In this document: positions 13,399 to 27,483 of the stretch, one piece after another | Layout of the letters: each line of letters opens with the position of its first letter | Numbering within the stretch: position 1 is the stretch's first letter | NCBI RefSeq assembly: GCF_009914755.1 | Contig: NC_060930.1 | Direction: 5' to 3' (one strand) | From: the human T2T-CHM13v2.0 reference genome, Homo sapiens | Length of the DNA stretch: 64,000 nucleotides | Notes under the pieces: generated by a model | Seen by the model: the letters and a program-made list of their open reading frames with translations, nothing else | What the model was told of the DNA's origin: nothing | The model's database searches: none | Made by a program: the position numbers and the translations under genes

Positions 13399-14211
13399 CC
13401 TCTTGGTACGCTTCACCCAAAAATTGCTCATGCTGGGTTATAGGCATTCTACTAAACGCATTTAATGTATCAAAGCAAAAATCCTTAGTTTATGCCCACT
13501 CAGAACACCCTTTCAAAGAAAACCCTGGGGGATCTATTTATTTATTTTTGCCGATTACATTGATCCATAAAGTCTCCCTTTCCCCTAACCCTCAATTAAC
13601 TCAGAAACTTGGTGGTCCTGAGCCTTGCTTTCTTCATTAAGAAAAATTGAGCGACTTTTATACGTACCTGAACTGGACCGAACTTCTTCTATGCTTTCTG
13701 CAATTTAATGCTTAAAAGCTAGATTAAGTGGACGCTTCTAGTCCCCCATAAAAACGGGGAAATTAAGTCTTGGAGAACTCATGTCTTATCTGCAACTCTA
13801 CTCAATTTCAGACACGGGATATTTTTCTCCACATAGGTGAGTTATCAGGTTTATTGCCTCTAGGAAAACAACCTTTAATATCTTGATTCCAGGGAATTCA
13901 CAAAATAATTGAAGGTTCCGTGCGATCGACTGAGAATTATTTAAATTTGGCCTTCTCTCTATCAGGAAAACTAGTTGTAACAGTTAAGAAAAAAAATTAC
14001 TCAAGTGAAATTAAGCATAAAGCTGCTAAAAAAAAAACTCTTTAAATTGAGGCTGCGTGATTCACTAACCTCAATATTGTAAATTGGAGGCAAATCTGCA
14101 CCCACGCATGAAGCTATAATTCTGGTCAAACCGGTTCCCTGTGTCTCCCTGGTCTCGGAGAGGTTATGATGATACAATTTTGGGAGACTATAGACAGCCA
14201 TTTCTAGGTCA

Positions 14212-14432
<221 letters not shown>

Positions 14433-14761
14433 TTAAAGCAGGGTTTGATTGGAACCTTTACTGCAACTTCTACTCAGCATCATCCAGAGTTTCTCATAAG
14501 ATAAATTGTATTTGAATTATATTTTCATAATTTCTTTTGAGGAAGGAAACATGTAAAAGTATGTCTAAGTAACAGTATTTATTTAAAGTCCCAGTGGATA
14601 TTCTAAAGCCTGTAAAAATTGAACTCAATATTTTTTTCTCCTAGGCTTTTCTTATTGCAGTTGCTCATTTGGAGGTAGTGTCCGGGATTTCCAAATTATA
14701 GCTGTTACATAAGTCATTCTCCATCCAGAATTTCTGGCTTCTAGGACATAAAGAGATGAAG

Positions 14762-15086
14762 AGGCCGGGCACGGTGGCTCACGCCTGTAATCCCAATACT
14801 TTGGGAGGCCGAGGCGGGCGGATCACGAGGTCAGGAATTCGAGACCAGCCTGACCAAAATGGTGAAACCCCGTCTCTACTAAAAACACAAAAATTAGCCG
14901 GGCGTGCTGGCGCACGCCTGTAATCCCAGCTACTCAGGAGGCTGAGACAGGAGAATCCCTTGAATCCAGGAGGCGGAGGTTGCAGTGAGCCGAGATAGTG
15001 TCACTGCACTCCAACCTGGGCAAAATCGCGCCGCTGCACTCCAGCCTGGGCAACAGAGCGAGACTCAATCTCAAAAAAAAAAAAAA
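14762..15086 (+). mobile_element. Alu with duplicated 3' segment
   Basis: CTGCACTCCA(A/G)CCTGGGCAA occurs twice. Confidence 0.95.
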
Positions 15087-15099
15087 GAGATGGAGAAAA

Positions 15100-18000
15100 A
15101 AAAAATCCAGGAGTTCATGGAAGTAAAAGGAGGAGCAGATAAAACCACAATTATAGTGTAATATTTTAGTGTAATATGCCTCTCTGAAAAACTAATAAAA
15201 GCATAAATGGAAAATAACTGTAAAGCAAAATAATGCAGTTCATATAACATACATATATAGAGAACAGTGCACATATCGACTTCAGGATTCAAACTTTTTT
15301 CAAACATACATCGAATTATCTCAAATTTGACATTTTACCGGACCATAAAGCAATGCTCCAAAAACATAACAGGGTTAGATACATGCTATTATTTCACAGC
15401 AATAAAACTGTGTCAGAAATCAAAACATAAAAATTAAAAATTGTATTTATTTGCAAAATGATAAAAACACTTCTAAATAATTCATGGTTTAAAGAAAAAA
15501 TATCCATCAAAATTAGGACCTATTTTGAAATAAATGATAATAAAAATAGTACATATCAAAATATGTAGTATGCAGCTAGAAATGCACTAAGAAATCCTTA
15601 AATACTATAGTATATAAATAAAATAAGATTAGTGATCTAAGCATGTATTACATGAAATTAGTGACCAATCAATAATTTACTCCCAAGAGAATTTTAGAGA
15701 AAGAAATAATGAGGCAAAGAGCAGATATTAATGCATTATTAATGCAAACAGCAGACATTAATACGAAATAGAAATGATCAACAACGTCAATAAAGTGGCC
15801 ATCTTTTTATCTTTTTTGATTTTTATTGTGATAAAATACACAAAACATAAAAGTTATAACTTTAACCGTTTGTAAGTGTACAGTTAAGTGGCATTAAGTA
15901 TGTTGCATTATTGTGCAGCCATCCCCACCATCTATCTCCAGAAATTTTTACATCTTCCCTATACCTGTTAACCAATAAGTCCCCATTTCCCCTGCATTTT
16001 TAGTAACAATAATATCAGGTTTTTGGAAAGAGATTGATAAACTCATTAAAAAATAATATGGAAGTGAAAAGGACTAAAGTAGCCTAACTCATCTTGAAAA
16101 AGGAAAGCAAAGTTAGCAGACTTACTTTACCAAACAGAAAGATAGAAAGGTAACATAATTTTTAAAAACATGACATTGCCCAAAGATAGACAATACCACG
16201 ACGTAGAATCCAGTCTTTGAATAAATGGTGAATATCTAAAAGAAAAAAAAAGTGATCAGATAATTATCTACAAGGAAAAAAATTAAATTTACCTCTTTCA
16301 CATTATCCTCTAAGCCATTTCCAGATTGACTGTAGATCTGAATATAAAAGTAAGCAAACAAAGCTTGTAGAATACAACATCGGGGAATATCTTTATGACT
16401 TTGACCCAAGGAAATATTTTCTAGACTTGATGCTAAAAGCGTTAGTCATAAAGGGCAATCCTTCCCGTCTAGATCTTCAAGTCCTTCAGTTCTGAGAATT
16501 TTTCTTATATTTCTTGGTAAAATTATCCTCCATTTTTCCTTTGTCTTGCTGGAACTCCCAGTAATCAGATGATATTGAATCTCTGGAATGGGTTGTTCAA
16601 TTTTCTTTCCACTACTATTTTCCATCTTTGATGTTTTCCTACTGTTTTTGAAGTAGTTCTAAACTGTAACTTCCAAATTTTTCATTAAATGTTTTTCTTT
16701 TCCCCTGCTACTTTATTCTTTATTTCTAGGAGATCTTGTTTCATTATCATAAAAAGATAGTACCCCAAGTTACTATTTCCAGGTGAGATGAAGTGTGTTT
16801 TACATTTTTTCTCCTATCAAACACAACTATAAGTTATGGGCAGAATGCATGAAATAACTATTTGAAGACTCTGATAATAAAAGAGTAAACAAAAGAGTGT
16901 AAGGATGGAAAAAGAACACCAGAATTATCCTATGTGTTCTCCCCAAATTGAGTATAGATGTAATGCAATTGCTATCAAAATTCCAGTAGAATTTTTTGGA
17001 GATAGAGAAAAGCTGATTCTAAACTTTATATGGATAGATGAAAGAATTAGAATAGCTAAATCAATTTTGAAAAAATGCAGTGAATAATCACATTACCTGA
17101 TTTTCAGATTTAATACCAACTTCAGTAATCAAGATAGTAAGGTATTGGCAGAAATATAAACATGTAGATCAATTGATCAGAACAGAGATTCCAGAAATAA
17201 ATTTACACAAATATGGCGAATTGATTTTTGACAAAGGTGCAAATAAAATAAATGAAGAAATTAAAATTGTTCAACAAATAATATTGGGACAATGGGCTAT
17301 CCATATGCAAAGGAAAGAAAGAAAGGAGAGAAAAGGAGAGAAAGAAAGGAAGGAAAAAAAGTAAGGAAGGCGTGGAAGAAAGAAGTGGAAGGAAAAGTGG
17401 AAGGAAGAAAGAAAAGATATCCTAACATAAATCTAACAATTTATACAAAAATTAACTAAAAAATTGATCATATATGCAAATGTAAACATAAAACTATAAA
17501 ACTGTTAAAAGAAAACATAACAGAATATCCACATGACCTTGAGTTGGGTGATGAGTTCTTAGATATGGCACTTTCCAAAAAAGAAAAAAAAATACATTGG
17601 ACTTAATCAACTTTTAACACATTTGCTCTGCAAAAGAAACTGTTAAGACATTGAAAAAAATAAAGACTGGCAGAAAATATTTGTAAGTCATGTATCTGAT
17701 AGAGAAATTTTATCTAGAATATATAAAGAATCCTTAAAACTCAGCAATAAGAAAACAACCCAATAAAAATTGGGTAAAGGCATAAACACTTTACCAAACA
17801 GAGTATAAGGATGGCAAATAAGCACACAAAAAATGTTTGACATCATTAGCCATTATGAAATGCAACTTTTTTTTTCACAATTGCCCCAAACTGGAAACAA
17901 ATGTCACACAACACAAATGTCCTTCAATGAGTGGATAAACTGTGGTACATCCGTGCAATGGAATTCTATTCAAGAGCAAAAAGGAATGAAATTTTGATAT

Positions 18001-18610
18001 TTGTAACAACTTGGGAAAATCTTCATTTATTTCTTTTTTTTGAGACGGTGTCTTGCTCTGTAGCCCAGGTTGGAGTGCAGCAGCGCGATTTAGGCTCACT
18101 GCAAGCTCCGCCTCCCGGGTTCGCGCCATTTTCCTGGCTCAGCCTTCCGAGTAGCTGGGACTACAGGCGCCCGCCACCACGCCCGGCTAATTTTTTGTAT
18201 TTTTAGTAGAGACAGGGTTTCATCGTGTTAGCCAGGATGGTCTCGATCTCCTGACCTCGTGATCCGTCCTCCTTGGCCTCCCAAGGTGCTGGGATTACAG
18301 GCGTGAGCCACCGCTCCCAGCCAACTTGGGTAAATCTTAAGGCATTATGCTAAGCAAAAGAAGCTGATCTCAAAAAGTTACATACTGTATGATTCCATTT
18401 CTACATTTTCCAAAAGGCCAAAATATACAAATGGAAAGAGTATTTATGATTGTCAGCTGCTATGTGTGGGATTAGGATGAGACTATAAAGGAACAGTGCT
18501 AGGGAGGCTTATGGACTGATAGAACTGGTGTGTATCCTGATATGGTAATGGGTATGTGTATATACATGTAAGTGCTTTTTAAAAGTCAATTTTACTTAAT
18601 ACTTTTTAAA
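15100..18610 (+). mobile_element. Fragmented old L1 (ORF2/3'UTR remnants, inverted inserts, Alu)
   Basis: NAIAIKIP..FF...KLILNFIW, EINLHKYGELIFDKGA, GGATAAACTGTGGTACATCC. Confidence 0.8.
18027..18323 (-). mobile_element. Alu (Y-like)
   Basis: TSD AACTTGGG(A/T)AAATCTT. Confidence 0.95.
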
Positions 18611-18988
18611 AATACAGATAGCTCCCATTTGTGGCATAGACTGTACCTTCTCCATGGTTTCTGTGAGAAACACTTTCACCGAGCTCTTGAAAGAGTTTAT
18701 TTTGAGCAGGGTTTGGAGGAGAGAAAACCCGGTGAGACCCTGGAGCACTGCACGTTGCCAGTGAAGGAGGATTACTGTGGTTACTAGCTTATTTACTTCG
18801 GGCAGCTCAGCGACATTTTGACAGCAAACACATACACCGCCAGGGCAGAATTAGAGAGGGGCTAACGATGATATAAGTGCTCCTGTTCGTTCCGCTTTAC
18901 ATTAACCAGAGGGGTGAAAGATGATACAAGTTCTCCTGTATTTTCCGTATTATATTAACCTGACCCCATTTTAGGGTAAAATTTCAAA

Positions 18989-19070
18989 CGTAGTCGGCAG
19001 GATTCGAACCTGCGCGGGGAGACCCCAATGGGTTTCTAGTCCATCACCTTAACCACTCGGCCACGACTAC
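18989..19070 (-). tRNA. TRS-AGA4-1: tRNA-Ser(AGA), variant isodecoder
   Basis: 82-nt Ser body with GGCG>GGTG in the D arm and an A31:C39 anticodon-stem mismatch; T4 at 18978-18981. Confidence 0.95.
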
Positions 19071-19122
19071 AGACATGACAGCATGACTACAGACATGACA
19101 GCACAACTACAGACATGACAGA
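19061..19122. repeat. 20-bp tandem repeat x3 overlapping the tRNA 5' end
   Basis: (C/G)CA(C/T)(G/A)ACTACAGACATGACA repeated. Confidence 0.95.
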
Positions 19123-20295
19123 ACTTCGGAAGCACTAAGATAAGTGTATCCACCACAGGAGCATCTTTATTTTGAACAAACCGGGTCAATTCAGAAACCA
19201 GCTCCCCTGGGGGCAAGTTTGGCTCTGTGCTGGTTGCTGGAGTCCTCGAAACTGAAAACAAATTTACTCACCACGGAGGTGGAGCCCGGCCTTAATCCTA
19301 GTTTTAAACCTGGGACCTTTTGCTAGACGATGGGACCTTCTGCTAGAACTTCCAGGAGACCAACCTCTCCTCACTGAATGACACTGTTGCTTAATGGATT
19401 TCAGAAAAGGAAATGCTCCCTCAGCTAAGCTGAGGGAGAGAAAAACGATACAGAAAACCTCTGGATCTTCTCACTTGGTGTCCCTAAGCCCCTAAATGTA
19501 AACCTAAAATATTTATCTCATTGTGTTTGGGAAATTGTTTTGCAAATGACAACGCGCTCTCACTTTCCAGACGGGTTAAGAAGAAATTTGCAAGTAAAGC
19601 CGGCCCGTGAGTTCTTTTCCTGGAAAATCCTAGATCCTAACAGACCCTAGTTACTTTCTAAAAAATTGAACACTTGGTTTAATTTTGTGAACAATGCAAT
19701 GGTTGATCAAACCAATTTAACCAATAAAGCACATGTCCAGTTCTCCTTTTTACGTTTGTAACTCGCCAGTTCCTTTAGCAGAATGTCCAGATGCTCTATA
19801 GAAATGAAATGAAATGAAAAAAACAAAAACAAAAAACCAAAAAACAAAGAACTCTAAATGTGGATGCCAGATCCCAAGATGCATAGATGTACAGATCCCA
19901 CTTTATGGTCAGAAAAATGTTAATCGGCAAAATGAATTTGATGCATCTTGAGAAAGCTAATTGTTTGGTTTTAATATATTATATTTAACCGGAAGTAACA
20001 AAGTGCCTTTTACATAGCATTCTATTTAATTCATATATCACGGAGAAAGTTTTTTTCCAGAAAACTGAATCTTTTTCAAAATCAAATAATTTCCTTTTAT
20101 CTGTACCTAGAGAAAGTTAATTATGTCATGACTGATAAACAGAATAAATGTGGTCATGGAAAGTAAGAATGCATCACACTTACTTTCTATATATAGATGT
20201 TTATATCGAACAAGAGCATTACTAATGTGTTTTTTATTGGCCATCTTTGGAAAACGTGCAGTCATTTGCTTTAAAAGATTGTATAATGTATTTTA

Positions 20296-20622
<327 letters not shown>

Positions 20623-21044
20623 ATTTATTTATTTTCTGCCTGTCCCTTTAGGACTATTTTTGGAGCAGGCCTCTGTCATGAGGGTTTCTGAAAAATTATT
20701 TGAAAGTCGCAATCTTTTGTTATGAATAAAAAGTTTATAAGAATTTTTAATCAAAATATATATGCAAAATAATGTTTAAAGTTCTATTAAATATTCTCAG
20801 GTGAGAAGGACAAAGAAGGCTTCATGAATTCTACAAACCTCTAAATGCTCATTAGAGGTAACATGCTCATTAGAGGAATTATTTCAGTAACTAACAAATT
20901 CAAAAAGCATATGATTGTGAAAGTTACTGAACAAGACAGTTGATCAAACCAAGGACTACTTAAGGAAAACATTCAACGACATCAAAGTCCTTGGATCTAC
21001 ATTTCGAGGGTTCATCTTTCTTGTGTCAATATGTGAAATAAATG

Positions 21045-21367
<323 letters not shown>

Positions 21368-21392
21368 TTAATCTTAATTAATTAGAAAAATT

Positions 21393-21717
21393 TGCTGGGC
21401 GCGGTGGCTCACGCCTGTAATCCCACCATTGTGGGAGGCTGAGGTGGGCGAATCACCTGAGGACGGGAGTTCGAGAACAGCCTGACCAACAAGGAGAAAC
21501 CCCATCTCTACTAAAAATACAAAAAAAAATTACCTGGGCGTGGTAGCGCACGCCTGTAATCCCAGCTACTCGGGAGACTGAGGGAGGAGAATCGTTTAAA
21601 CCCGCGAGGCGGACGGAGGTTGCGGTGAGCCGAGATCGTGCCACTGCACTCCAGCCTGGGCAACAAGAGCGAAACTCCTTCTAAAAAAAAAAAAAAGAAA
21701 GAAAGAAAGAAAAAGAA
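21393..21717 (+). mobile_element. Alu
   Basis: Full dimer. Confidence 0.95.
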
Positions 21718-21869
21718 ATCTTGCGTAATGATAGCTAACTCACACTTGGGGGTGTGGAGGGGAGGAGAAAGAACACTCATAATCCCACCTCCCCGAAACC
21801 AGCAATAGTAGCACATTGGTCTCTTTTCCTCCTCTCCCCATATTTTGAAGTCATATAGAATATAAAGTG

Positions 21870-22160
21870 TGCCAACATCCTCCAGCCAAAAATGTTCAGA
21901 AATACACCTGTAGTTGAATAAATTAGGTTTATTATTCCTTACAGCAAGCAAGAACACACACCATAAGGAAGCGTAGGGCACCTCGGTAAGATTATTATAA
22001 AGTATTAATACTTACAGGATCTACATATCTTGTGTTAGGTGATTTTAGGGGAAGTTTTAAAGAAGCAGAGATTGTTCTTGATTAGATGCTGTCTGAAAGC
22101 AGTGGGGAATTCTGTAATTAGATAGCTTAACAGATCTTATCTAGAAGGAGTAAAAACAGA
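21870..22160 (-). mobile_element. Old LTR-like fragment (same family as 39980-40200)
   Basis: Both share ACACCTG.AGTTGAA.AA.TT.GGTTTATTA...AGAACACACACC. Confidence 0.45.
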
Positions 22161-22394
22161 GCTAGACTAGCTTCTTGGAAAACCTGTTCTCTGGGACTGT
22201 GCGTTTTCTTTTGGCTCCTATGTCCTCCCTCCCTTGGAAAGAGACTTCTTTGGAACACCCATCCCTCCTTCACTAAGGAGCAGAGCGTGAACTTTTTCTG
22301 AAGGAGAGACAGTCACAGAATCCTCCTTTTTCAGTTAGGCTCCTCTGGTCAGCTCTTCACAGACTCTGCCGGCTTTCCTGTTCAAATGCACTTT

Positions 22395-22712
22395 TGTTTT
22401 GGGGTTTTTTGGTCTGTTTGTTTTTTGAGACGAAGTCTCACTCTGTCGTCCAGTCTGGAGTGTGCAGTGGCGCGATCTCGGCTCACTGCAACTTCCATCT
22501 CCCGGGTTCAAGTGATTCTCGTGCCTCAGCCTCCTGAGTAGCTGGAATCACAGGCGCGCACCACCACGCCGAGCTAATGTTTTTGTATTTTTAGTGGAGA
22601 TGGGGTTTCACCATGTTGGCCAGACTGGTCTCAAACTCCTGACCTCAAGTTATCCGCCCCCCTCGGCCTCCCACAGAGCTTTGATTACAGGCGTGAGCCA
22701 CCACGCCCGGCC
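22395..22712 (-). mobile_element. Alu
   Basis: TSD TCAA(A/C)TGCACTTTTG. Confidence 0.95.
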
Positions 22713-22904
22713 TCAACTGCACTTTTGAATACATAGTAATCCTTTGAGCTGGGAAGAAGCAGCCCAGGTTAATGCCATCAGAGTCATAGTCCCAAAGTTG
22801 ATGAGAAATGAGAGTCAAACCACACTTAATTGGAAAGAAATTGGATTTTTAAAAATCTACAAGCAAAAGTGAATCCACTAAAAATTAGATAGCTCTAACT
22901 TATT

Positions 22905-23190
22905 TTCCTTTTTTTTTTGAAACTGAGTCTCGCGAGTCTCGCTCTGTTGCCAGGTTGGAGTGCACTGGCGATCTCGGCTCACTGAACCTCCGCCTTCTGG
23001 GTTCAAGCGATTCTTGTGCCTCAGCCTCCCTATTAGTGCCGGCCACCAAGCCCGGCTAATTTTTGTATTTTCAATAGAGACTGGGTTTCACCATGTTGGC
23101 CAGGATGGTCTCGATCTCCTGACCTCGTGATCCTCCCTCCTCGGCCTCCCAAAGTGTTGAGATTACAGGCGTGAGCCACCACGCCTGGCC
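22905..23190 (-). mobile_element. Alu
   Basis: Antisense dimer. Confidence 0.93.
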
Positions 23191-23777
23191 TCAAATTTCA
23201 TGTTAGTAAGAATTATGTCAAATGCCTCCCTTGTGCAGCGTAGAGACCACAGAGGGAAATTCTTTGATGTAATCTGTACCCTCCCTACCTCTTCCTTCAC
23301 GTCAGAGAATGAGAGCCTTTCTGTGGGCTTCATAAAAGACTCAGTAAAAAGAAAAAGAGATTCGGAGGCTTATTGGCTGGTTTTCAATTCTGAAGAAGGA
23401 AGGGTGGTTCCTCTCCAAGGAACTAAGGTCTCCGTGGACAGTGTGGTCCGTGGAAGAAACCAAGTTCTGAGAAAGCGATGCCGGCCAGGAGGGGAGAGGG
23501 GAGTGGGAAGCGAGTGTGCCCCGAAACCCGTGATAAGTAACCTGGGCTTCGAGGCTCTAGGGATGCAAGAACTTTTCCCCCCAGCTCAATCTTCAGCTCC
23601 GGTTTAAAACTCCTTTCTGCGTTGCGTTTTTGCAAACAGTTCAGAGCTCGCATTTTGCTTTGTTTTGCTTCCTGCAAATTTCAGAATTAATTACAGTATT
23701 TTCTTTTCTGGATGCGATATAAAGTTGAGATGTCATCGGGCCAGAGAAGTTCCTCACTGTCTATAGTTAACTAGCGT

Positions 23778-23862
23778 ATAGGGACGAATGAATGACCTTA
23801 AAGCTCTTAACCATTGGATTCGATCTCGCCGTGGAGGCATGGATTCCAACCCTCCAGTGACG
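23778..23862 (+). pseudogene. Probable highly degenerate tRNA-Leu relic
   Basis: TCTCGCCGTGGAGGCATGGATTCCAACCCTCCAGTGAC resembles the Leu 3' half GTCTCCCCTGGAGGCGTGGGTTCGAATCCCACTCCTGAC; GAATGACCTTAAAGCTC upstream at D-arm spacing. Confidence 0.45.
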
Positions 23863-25043
23863 GTCGTATTTGTTTCTGTCACATTGCACCAAGCCATCTT
23901 TGGGTCGCAGATCACCTGAGATTTCTTCTCTTCCCTCCACAATTCTCCTCCCGTTTCTCAGACCACAAATGGTCGCCAGTTTCACTTCGCCAAACTTGGA
24001 TTCTCCCGCGCTTGAGCGTCACTTTCAACGACTTCATTCCTTTCTGTCCAGGACGACAAGAAGCCACTTAATTGACCGCCCCTAACGGAGCAAGTACCGC
24101 TGGGCCACACCGTCTCACTGAAAGGCGGAAAAGCAAAGAAAATGGCGTTTTTACATCTCAGTCCAAACAGCCGCTAAAAGAAAATTCCCAAGTTACAAAA
24201 CCTGGGAGAGTTCTAAAGCCACCTGGACGCAGTAAATTTGTGCCACAATGTCATCGTTTGCTCTGTGAGCTTGTTGACAAAACTCACGAAACTCCTTCTT
24301 AAACATAAACAAAAACACAGATATGAAAAAGAACGAACAAGAAGGGCCTATCTTTCGAGAGAAAACTCTGGACTGGAGCTAGAGGAAAGGGACTTAGGGG
24401 GCTCGGCTATGTATTAAAAATACCATCCATTGTCAAATGTTGGAAGTTCCTCAGATTCCATTCTGTGAAATCAACTGTCCCAAGCATGGAGTTGGAGAGA
24501 CCAGATTAAATGAGATATGGATTTTGATCCTTAGTCAAACTATTCCTTTTTTCCCCCCATGTATACATTTAATAACATGAAAGCTATGAAAGATGCAAAA
24601 ACACAAAATGAACTTAGTATCCCTTTTACACCCTAATATTAGTGGGGGCAACGAACACACAACTAAAGCAATAAAATGTCTTTGGAAAACAGGAAGGGAA
24701 GGGCCCAAGCTTGATCTGAGAAACCCAGCAATTGCTAAAATAGCAGTGCAGCATTTACTGAAGTCTCTTCTGCCAGTGGCTCCCATATGTCCATACCTTG
24801 GAATGCTTTTGGCTGGTGCTTCAAGAACAGACCATGGACCTAGCCTCCTAGCTTCCCCCAAAGGAATTCCTGCAGAAGACTATGGGAAAAGCTTCTTTGT
24901 GATCTTCTTTGTTTGGAATGATGGAAAACATGAGAAGTGAAAGGTATCCTCTCATCCCCAGAACACCACCATAATAGCGAGGATAATGACTCAATAGAGT
25001 TTATTTTTTTAATTGTATTTTTATGTTTTTCTAATAACCTTAA

Positions 25044-25437
<394 letters not shown>

Positions 25438-26597
25438 TCATGTATGGTATTTTAATCAGCCCATGCAATAGCCTTTTGACTTACAACAAAGAAAGCAGAA
25501 ACCATAAGGAACTTGCCTTAGATCATACAGCCAGTTAGTGGGGCGAGCATCCACAGTGCATGGTTGGCCCAGCATTTCCAGCCCATCACTAAATACCTCT
25601 CTATCCTGTTGTCACCTTCTCGGACTTCTCACTCTCCATATCCAGGCTGCTTGTCAGTTCACAACGCAATCTAACTATATAGTTTTCAAAAGGAGAAAAA
25701 TACAAATCCTTCTTTGACAAGTACATAAAGATGCAAAAATAATTGTGGCACTCTTCTTTATTGCTTGTTTATGGATGTCTTTCCCAGATGAAAACACCCT
25801 GCTGGGGAATAATCCTGCCGGAATAATTCCCCAGTCCTGCTGGGGAATAATCCATTGAACTGTTATTTCTTTGTACACAGAATATTCCTTAGTAATAGCA
25901 GGACCCTCACACCAGGAAATTATTTGCTAAATATTTCCCACTGTCTCACAGCTTGATCTGTCAATTTTTCCCAGACATAAAACATCTGGGCTGGTATGAT
26001 AAAACACAGTACATTAAAAAAGATGTTCCCCAGATGTAGAAGAGGACAGCTGTCCTCAGGATCTGTCACGGGGCCAGCTGGGGGCTTTCGTATTTCCCCA
26101 AGACCCTTTTCCAGCTGCATCTCAGCATAGCTTTTATATGACTGGATAGCTGCATAAATCGCTAAAAAGATAGCCATGGAGAAATAGTGGTGACTCCAAG
26201 CTATATGGTCATGTGATGATTTTCAAGGCCTGCTCATAGAAAAATGGGATGGGATGATCCACTTCCCAGTGTTTTCACTCAGATGAAGGACTTCACAGGA
26301 CTTCACACTTCTTCAGTGTAGAACTCATTCTCTTCTCCAGTGTGACAGACACACCACTGAGTCCTCAGCTTTAGGAAAAAAAATCCGTAGAAATCCTACT
26401 TATACAAGTTCTGTCTTGCAAAGAGTTACTGGCCCCAAATATTTATTCGGGGAGGTAACTGGGAGAAAAGCTCATTCCATGCCGGGTTTAGAAAAATCTG
26501 AGTAAATACTCCGTAGTCATGCAAACTTACAAGTGAAAATGATGAGTGTTAAGTAGAAAACAACCAGAGACAACAACAGCAAAATCCCAACTCTGCG

Positions 26598-26937
26598 TTT
26601 CTTTTTCTTTTTTCTTTCTTTCTTTTCTTTTCTTTTCTTTCTTTTTTTTTTTTTTTTGAGACAGAGTCTCGCTCTATCACCCAGGTTGGGGGTGCAGTGG
26701 TGCAGTCTCGGCTCACTGAAACCTCTGCCTCCCTGGTTCAAGCGAATCTCCTGCCTCAGCCTCCTGAGCAGCTGGGTCTGCAGGCGCGCACCACCATGCC
26801 CGGCTAATTTTTGTATTTTCAGTAGAGATGGAGTTTCACCATGTTGGGCAGGCTGGTCTCGAACCCCTGACCTAGTGATCCGCCCACCTCGGCCTCCCAA
26901 AGTGCTGGGATTACAGGCGTGAGCCACCGTGCCCGGC
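26598..26937 (-). mobile_element. Alu inside the CD83P1 CDS
   Basis: Diverged TSD on minus strand AAGAAATACAAAGCTGG / AAGAAACGCAGAGTTGG at the KKYRAE codons. Confidence 0.95.
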
Positions 26938-27330
26938 TCCAGCTTTGTATTTCTTAAAATTCTCTACGGTGTTTAGGACATCCTGTCACTCTCAGGATCA
27001 CCTTGCCACTTAGGTTTCTCTGCCCTTCCGGTGCCTGCAGAGTGCACTTGTATGTCCACGGGTTGCAGCTGGTAGTGTTTCGGATCTTCAGGGAATAGGA
27101 TCTTTCACTGGGACCCCAGAAGAGCCATTTTGGCCCTTCTGATGATAGCGCTGTCCTCTGAGGCGCAGATCTTCCTGGGGTGCCTGCACCCTCTCTTCAC
27201 CGCCCTCCAATAGCTTGACCTAGGAGACCATGTAGGGCACCTGCGGTTCCGAGGGGACGGTGCAGGGCAAGTCCACATCCTCAGAGCAAGCCACCTGCAC
27301 CTCCCATGTTGCGGGCGCCAGGCTATAGGG

Positions 27331-27483
27331 TTTACTGGTTTATTATAAAGGATATCGCAAAGGATACAAATGAAGAGGCACGCAGGGCAAGGTATGGGAG
27401 AAGGGACGCCGAGCTTCCAAGCACTCTCTGGGCGTGCCACCCTCCAGAAACCTCCACGTGTTCAGCTGTCCGGAAGCTCTCCA
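27331..27483 (-). mobile_element. MER21-like LTR fragment abutting the CD83 copy's 5' end
   Basis: GGTTTATTATAAAGGATATCGCAAAGGATAC...GCCACCCTCCAGAAACCTCCACGTGTTCAGCTG. Confidence 0.65.

Noticed and set aside
13179-13640. 153-aa ORF spanning tRNA-Gln
   Set aside because: Antisense frame over the tRNA and U2 relic with a non-ATG start; no recognisable domain
19061-19122. CRISPR-like direct repeats
   Set aside because: Eukaryotic context, no unique spacers, no cas genes; a simple 20-bp tandem repeat
26517-26927. ORF ending in a transmembrane segment
   Set aside because: Alu fused to the CD83P1 TM remnant, ending at a premature TGA
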